Positions 21,335-27,661 of a stretch of 27,661 nt of DNA are shown one piece after another. The stretch is from Selaginella moellendorffii (taxonomy: Eukaryota > Plantae > Lycopodiophyta). The notes beneath the pieces are model-generated. The model had not been told where the DNA came from. It did no database searches and saw nothing but the letters and a program-made list of their open reading frames with translations. Positions within the stretch are counted from its first letter, which is position 1, and each line of letters opens with the position of its first letter. A program made the position numbers and the translations under genes. The stretch spans positions 1 through 27,661 of the forward strand of contig NW_003314445.1 in NCBI RefSeq assembly GCF_000143415.4. The letters run 5' to 3'.

Positions 21335-23115
21335 AAAGTGAAATGAAAAAGAACATTTTTATTAATTATATAAAGTATAATAAGTTTTATTGATAGAGAA
21401 TAAACATCAATAGTGTTGGAGAAATCTAGTTAGCTCCAAAAGTTTTCTGCAACTCAGCAATAGTAAGACTTGCTTAGTGTATATGAATATCCACTTTAGG
21501 ATCCTAGTGCAAGATGTTGATAAAGATGTAGTACATATGCTTGTAAGGAGCATATGCCTTCCCATGTTCCTCGCGCTTCGTAAAGTCTGGACATATGCAA
21601 AAAGGAAAGTCGTGAATGGCAATTGTGTACTCTTCACCTTCTGTTTTGACTATGTACTCCTTTGCAAGTGCAGTGATGTACTTTATGGAAAGAATCTCAC
21701 TCTCAAGTGTTTGAGCCAAGTTTGGAGATGGTACCAATAAATTTAATTGCCTTACCTTTTCGTGTTGGCCTCCTATGCATCTCTGTAGGAATAGTCCTGG
21801 TTCTATCACTCATATCTCCAACTCTCCTCTCAAGATTGAAACCAGATTTCTCAAGGTTTTCAATCTCCTCCAAGGTGAGTGCAACCCCATTAGCAACTGG
21901 CCATTCTTTAGGTACTGCATCAGGTTTAGTCACTATAGTGTCTTCAAGCCGCTTTATATGGTTGGCATCGGTGTTGCAACAATATAGCCAGCACCATCTC
22001 AAAAATCCTACTTGCTTTCATTCCCCATAGAAACATGGGGTTGGAACAGAAGCAGATTTGTCACCACAAATCCAGGCCCAACACTTGCCCCTCGGAAGCA
22101 TCCCCACACACTTTACATTCGATTTTGTTGGCACGCGTCGGATTGCCCATTGCTTCGGCTCCACACTACAGTAAGCAATTTCAACATGTTGCGATGCACT
22201 CTCTTCATCAGCCACTTGAGGTGGCTCAGTCCGAGAGCAGTGTCTTGGAGCAGAATGGTACTCGACATCAGGCATATGAGAGCTTTTCACTCCAAGGTCC
22301 GTACCAACATCTTCCCCAGCAAAGGAAAAAACGACATTTTGAGTAGACAGTCTTCATATCACCAATAGAAGCTCATGGAGTGTACTCCATAGATGTGCCA
22401 CGGACCACTTCCTCAACTGCAGTTGCCACTGTTCGGGCGGGTGGAGTTAATTTTTTCTTCATCCTATCATGTAGCATCTCAACAGAAGCCCCTGTTCCCA
22501 TGTATCTTCCTTCCTCAAATGCCAATGCTTTTGAAGATTGCTCTATAACACGTATCAAATCTGATAGGCAGGCTTCATATAGACTCATCTTCCCTTTCCC
22601 TGCCTCAAAGGAACGCCAACTCCAATGCTTACTTTCAAAGAGATTCACAGTTGGGGTGTATGCAAGGTCCTCAAGTGGTTGATTCTAATGGAAAATGCAA
22701 TATTAAAAAGTAATAAAAAGAGAAGAAAAAATAGAAACCAACCTGAAAAGAGTGATGTCCCCACTGGAACATCCTAACTTCCCACCACCCTAACCATGAC
22801 TCAAGTTGTGGTAGGCAACTTACGTCTGTATGGCCATCTTCACGTCACCACATTCGGATCTCATTTGCTTTTGCCTCATGCTCTTCTTCAGAAGGTGCAA
22901 CCTGCCATTGTTTGCACAACTCCTTAAATATTGATTGAAACTCTAGCTTGATACGGTGGCAGTGCTGGTTTAGGCTTTGAGCCCAATGGAACTCACAAGT
23001 CCTCTCATGACCTTCAAATGACTGACCATTCCCAAAAACTGCTCGGACACCATTCCAGTTTGCACTAGCCCCATCTGTCATGAAACCGCAAAAGTTTGCA
23101 AGCTTACCAGTCTGC

Positions 23116-24532
23116 TGTGAGACACAAAATCCCTAGGCCCCAAAGTGGAGCCGGAAGGGCGCCGCATGGTAGTGGCCGAAGCGAGAGCCAAACGAGCGTA
23201 ACACGTTTGGACCAAAAGCTCCGACTTGAAAAGTCAAGAGCGGGAGTGGAACTCCCAACGAAGTGCCCGAGGAACGAGCACGAAGTGAGCAAAAGGCGAG
23301 GCTCCAAAAAGGGACCCAAAAGGACCAACACATGACACGTGGGAGTGTCCGAAATGGACTCGAGTTGGAGTCCGAAGTGGAGTCCGAGATGGACTCGAGT
23401 TGGAGTCCGAAGTGGAGTCCGAGATGGACCTGAGTTGGAGTCCGAAGTGGAGTCCGAGGTGGACCCGAGATGGACCCGAGTTGGAGTCCGAAGTGGAGTC
23501 CGAGATGGAGTCCGAGATGGAGTCCGAAGTGGAGTCCGAGATGGACCCGAGATGGACCCGAGATGGAGTCCGAGATGGAGCCCGAGATGGACCCGAGATG
23601 GAGCCCGAGATGGACCCGAGATGGAGCCCGAGATGGACCCAAGATGGAGTCCGAGATGGAGTCCGAGGTGGACCCGAGATGGACCCGAAATGGAGTCCGA
23701 GATGGAGTCCGAGATGGAGTCCGAGATGGAGTCCGAGATGGAGTCCGAAGTCGAGACCGAGACCGGGACCGAGACCGGGACCGAGACCGGGACCGAGACC
23801 GGGACCGAGACCGAGACCGAGACTGAGGCCGAGGCCGAGACCGAGCCCGAGCCCGAGTCCGAGTCCGAGTCCGAGTCCGAGTCCGAGTCCGAGTCCGAGT
23901 CCGGAGCCTGAGAGGGTGAAAGCCCAAAGCGTTCGTCTCCCAGACCCTGGGGGGTTTGGTGAGCCCCAAAAGTATAGTAGGGGGAGGACTGCAGTGGAGC
24001 CAGTTTGGCCAGGAAAGGCCAGTTTGGCCCAGGAAGGCCAGACCCAGTGTTGGGTGATGAGCTGCCCACTGGGAAGTCCAAGACTAGAGTGAACACGGAC
24101 CGACAAGCGGGGTAGCTTGGTGAAGTGTTCAAGAGCCGGCTCTAGTTCCCCCGGGAGATCGACTGGCCGATGCTCCCAGTCCAAGTGTGGGTGGCACTAC
24201 CTACTTGGATACCTGGTGTGGCTCAACGGAACCCGCTCTAAGCCCATGGCTAGAGCACCCAAGGGCAGAAGGAGAGGAGAGTACCCAGGTGGCTCGCGTA
24301 AGGCCACGGTGTTCCGAAATGTTGTCCCAAAGGCCCAGACTGTGGAAAGGAAGAGGAGCAGTCCTCTGGGGTAGTGACCAAGGACATAGTCGTGTGGTGA
24401 GGAAGTCCCAGAGGACCATGGGACTTAGTGGTCGGGCCTGTGGGCCTCGATCCAGTGGCAGTGTTGGCAAACACGGCCAGGGGCAGAAAGGGACTTGGTA
24501 GGAACTGACAAAGGGACTTTCGGGAATTGCCT
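23116..24532 (+). mobile_element. Insert D: solo-LTR-like element (1417 bp)
   Basis: TCTGC direct repeats at 23111-23115 and 24533-24537. Removal restores the transposase frame IILKQ|TGKLANFCGFMTD. Starts TGT and shares a promoter-like motif pair with C's LTR, but the right end is ...TGCCT rather than CA. Confidence 0.8.
23341..23903. repeat. Compound minisatellite of 11-12-bp units (GGAGTCCGAGAT, GGACCCGAGAT, GGAGTCCGAAGT) grading into 6-bp units (GAGACC, GAGTCC)
   Basis: Directly visible; it produces low-complexity ORFs in several frames. Confidence 0.97.
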
Positions 24533-27010
24533 TCTGCTTTAGGATAATATCGGAGAGGGACTTCCAAAATATTTCCTGTGTTGTTTGGTCTTGTACTTTA
24601 AACTCTGCTGTTGCAATTGTTAAGTTACAATGTAGCCTATAAAACACAAATATTACAACAATTTTAATATAATAAGAATAAAAATTACCTTGGATCATAT
24701 ACATGAGCTCCCATGGTTGTCCAACCTGATATGCGCTCCATATGGTCAAAATATACCCATGCATTTGCAAGGTCACTGGACCCAAACATGTCCATTCGGG
24801 AGACAAGATCTACACCAAAAGCAGGGCCCATAGTAGACATTTTGAAGACGAAGGGGCACTCTTGCTCATTCCCAACTTGGTCTGGAAACAAACTTCCGTG
24901 GATGAACTCGTATGGACAGGTCCGTTTCAATTCAAGGATGGAGTCAATTTTTGATTGCAACTTCCCCTCTCGAGATTCACACATCCAAGATTTTATCCTA
25001 AACAATATAATGTAAGAAAAAATTATTATTATAACATATGAAATATAACAAATGTACCTCCTTAGACTAGTAGCAGGTTGTACTCCTCGTAGTAAGTCCC
25101 GCAAGCTAGCCTCATTTAGTTGAGTCTTTTGGCAACCTGGATTGAGTAAGGTGTTTGCGATAAAATCCTTGAGGACAGTCTTCTGAATATGCTTCGGAGT
25201 TGCAAATGAGTTTCTCATAGTCTCTTGCTACACAGCATCTTTGAAACGGTTGAGAGAACTCTTTTGTATCCTTTCCTGCATTGGATGCATGTGTGTGCCG
25301 ACATGTACTGCAGCTCTTCCAGCCATTCCATCCCGTGGAAGAAAGTAGTACATCTTGGCCTCACAGATAACACGACATAGAGGAGCATTTTTGCAAAATT
25401 GACACTTGAATCCAACAGCAATGGTGTCACAGGTTGGAGGATTGACTGCAGACCCTTCGAAAAATATAGAGTTTCTACAGCGGTCTCGATTGCATGCTTC
25501 ATCCACACAATCTAAATGCCCACCACAATGAACTATAGACACTGTGCCTTCAAAATGTTGGAAATGTGTGGTCTTGATCTTGCACCAATTGTGGACATCC
25601 TGCTTGGTTTCCATCCCCTTCCGTTTGGAACCCGTGCTACTAACAAGAGGTGGTAGCTCGAAGAAAATATTGCTGTTGTAGGAGGATGGAAGCTCACTAA
25701 CAAGCCTATACAAAAACAAGTGCATGTCGATTGAGAGGCGTAAAAACTGGAAAGCATTGCTAACGGCTTTGAATATTGCTGAAGTTGGAGCTAGAGCTGG
25801 AGCTGGAGATGGAGCTGGTGAATTCGGCACCGACACTAGCATAACTTCTCCACTTGAACTAGAAAAGGACGAGAGGATAATGACTAACTCTTGCTTCACA
25901 TTCTCTTTGGCTGGAGCACATTTTGGCATTTTGACTGGAGATCCAAACACTCAAATCTCCTTCAACTTGGAATTCTGTAAATCCCATTGTTGTCCACCAT
26001 TGCCCACACCAGAAAGAAGAAACTCCGAGTATGCAACTAAACCAGTGTTGTTGCGAATCACAGCCTCTAAAGAAATAGAGCCAAGACAAATATCAAAACA
26101 CCAACATAAAAATCAGAAACAATACTCTGAGAGAATGAAAGAGGTAGGTGATCTCGAAAATGAAGAAGAAACCTTTCCATCCTTCTAAATAGGTTTTGGA
26201 GTTCTCTCTCTTTATGCTACTTGTAAAAATACATAGTGAAACATAATTGAAATTTAAATAGAGTAATAAGAAGATAACGTACAAAATGAATTTAAATTAT
26301 ATAGCAAATTTAACATGTTCAAGTGTGATAGTATTAATATTACTGTCATCTATTATGATGTTTGATGCATGTATACACATAGATCCAAGGAAGGATTTTC
26401 AGCACGTGAAGTTTGATAGTTAATAATAATATCAGTAATGACATTATGTTATAGCGTGTCAAGAAAAGAGATCCAATTTGACTGTCAGTACGTGTGATAT
26501 GTCAAGTTGTCAAATTTTAAGTGGTAGATGATAATAAATCTTGATAATAAATCTTGTCAAATCTTATTCTTCACTGACAGATTTCGTAGTACAACTCAAG
26601 TTTTATCCATAATTGTGAACACTGCTCAATGACATTTAAAGCACATGCCTATTATTTAGGATTTAATACAACACAAAATAAATTACTGGATGAGGATTCA
26701 TCCATTCATAGATGGATATAGTATAACATATTTTAACATGCCTTATTTATACTCGTTAAAGTTCTTGTAACAATTCCAAAATATGTACAAAATATTGATG
26801 AGAATGCATTCTTTCTAGATAATTTATAAAATATAATATCATATCTCTAATAACAGAAATGTTTATAGGTGCTAGTTATATCATCATTAAAATATACAAA
26901 ATAAAGAAGCATAATTTACATATAATAATAATGATAAGATAAAATAAGATCAAAGATTTGTGATGGTTGAGATTTAGGTTATTTGGAATGAACGGCCAGG
27001 ATGAGAGATT

Positions 27011-27255
27011 GATTAGGGTTAGGGCAGCCATCAGGATTAGGGTTAGGGTAGCCGCCAAGATTAGGTTACTGTTCGCACTGTGAGTGGAGCACACGAGAGA
27101 TCGAGAGATTAAACACAAAGGAGATCGAGGGATTGAGCACGAAGGAGATCGAGAGATTGAGCACGCAAAAGATAGAGAGATTGAGCGCACGAGTGGGAGA
27201 GATTGAGCGTCTGAGCGGGAGAGATTAAGCGCGCAAGCGGGAGAGATTGAGTGCA
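27011..27255. repeat. 24-bp repeats containing TTAGGGTTAGGG, followed by ~20-23-bp GAGA(T)CGAGAGATTGAGCACG-like tandem repeats
   Basis: gattagggttagggcagccatcag and gattagggttagggtagccgccaa at 27011-27058; about 7 degenerate gagagattgagc units at 27096-27255. Confidence 0.8.
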
Positions 27256-27381
27256 CAAGAAATCCAACACGATCAAGAAATCGGGAAGGAAAGATGCCAC
27301 TAAGGGTGAGTTTCAATTTGATTGCTTCCAGTTCCATTTTTTTCCTTTTGCTTCTTTTTTGATTGCTTCTTTAGGGCCGAT

Positions 27382-27661
27382 CTCGGGCAGTTTTGCGGGC
27401 CGAGGGGCCAAAGTTATTTGAATAACCTCAGCCACTCGGCCTGCAAAACTGCCTGAGGTCCAGCGCAGGCCGGCCACCTCGGGCAATTTTGAGGGCCGAG
27501 GGGCCGAAGTTATTTGAAGGTCCAACGTGGGCTAGCCACCTCGGGCAGTTTTGCCGGCCAAGGGGTCGAGCTTATTCAAATAACCTCGGCCCCTCAGGTG
27601 GCCAAACTGCCTGAGGTCGAGCTTGGGCCGGCCACCTTGGGCACTTTGGTGCCAAAGGGGC
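27382..27661. repeat. Tandem array of GC-rich palindromic units (~76-bp hairpins), runs off the right edge
   Basis: ctcgggcagttttgcgggccgag...gttatt-tg-aataac...ctcggcctgcaaaactgcctgag at 27382-27457; a half unit at ~27476-27517; a full unit at ~27538-27617; another starting ~27634. Confidence 0.88.

Larger units (their letters stand above)
21410..26100 (-). pseudogene. Mutator-like (MULE) DDE transposase with GCM-like N-terminal Zn domain and C-terminal SWIM finger; spliced, interrupted by insert D
   Basis: N-terminal C..HLDC...CQFC...C...VHVGTHMHP. Core VYFDH...GFMTDGASANW...RTCEFHW (Mutator CxxH)...TVNLFESKH. SWIM CICPDF...PYKHMYY. GT-AG introns at 24998-25057, 24637-24688 and 22685-22742 preserve the frame. 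Premature stops at 25228, 22845, 22373 and 22018, and a frameshift near 21740. Ends approximate. Confidence 0.8.
2492..27661 (-). mobile_element. Putative large Mutator-like (MULE) DNA transposon; left terminus ~2492, right terminus outside the window; host of elements A and D
   Basis: F-box homology stops abruptly at aggggcgcggacc, which is followed by two TTGAGCTCA motifs. AT-rich sequence continues on both sides of element A. A transposase gene lies at 21410-26100 and repeat arrays at 27010-27661. The second TIR and the TSD are not visible, so the extent is inferred. Confidence 0.45.

Noticed and set aside
23903-23942. Hammerhead-like string CUGAGAG-GGUGAAAGCC-CAAA-GCGUUCGUC (retrozyme idea)
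   Set aside because: The core departs from CUGANGA...GAAA, and the CUGA part is absent from the homologous motif in C's LTRs.
24050-24082. tgggtga...ctgggaagtcc resembling 5S rRNA (Cassandra-like)
   Set aside because: Only two short words match, with wrong spacing and no A-box similarity.
23104-24184. Long overlapping ORFs (RS-, GL-, SD- and ES-rich; 190-342 aa)
   Set aside because: By-products of a stop-poor minisatellite inside insert D, open in several frames on both strands.
26876-27525. ORFs 26876-27337, 27109-27300 and 27313-27525
   Set aside because: Low-complexity translations of tandem repeats with no recognisable domain.
27382-27661. CRISPR-like array
   Set aside because: Eukaryotic context, long degenerate palindromes and no unique spacers or cas genes.

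Overview
Plant nuclear DNA. Introns of 52-60 bp and tight gene packing suggest a small-genome early-diverging land plant such as the lycophyte Selaginella (inference). The left end holds the 5' part of a LISCL/SCL14-like GRAS gene and an F-box/kelch pseudogene, both on the minus strand. The rest is a stack of nested transposons. Element A (2614-20484, +) is an old non-chromodomain Ty3/gypsy with 175-bp LTRs, a 4-bp TSD and a tRNA-Ala-like PBS. Element B (3484-16351, -) is a Reina-like chromovirus inserted in A's gag. Element C (5175-12435, +) is a young non-autonomous LARD-like element with 1.15-kb LTRs inserted in B's pol. Its interior is only a ghost of pol, but its 3' end and U3 form a ~1.1-kb hairpin-dense region and its LTRs carry an ABRE/G-box array. 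A itself probably sits inside a large Mutator-like DNA transposon (~2492 to beyond the window). That element encodes an intron-containing GCM-like/DDE/SWIM transposase pseudogene, interrupted by a solo-LTR-like insert D with a minisatellite, and possibly a small convergent zinc-finger gene. All alignments, counts and folds were done by eye.
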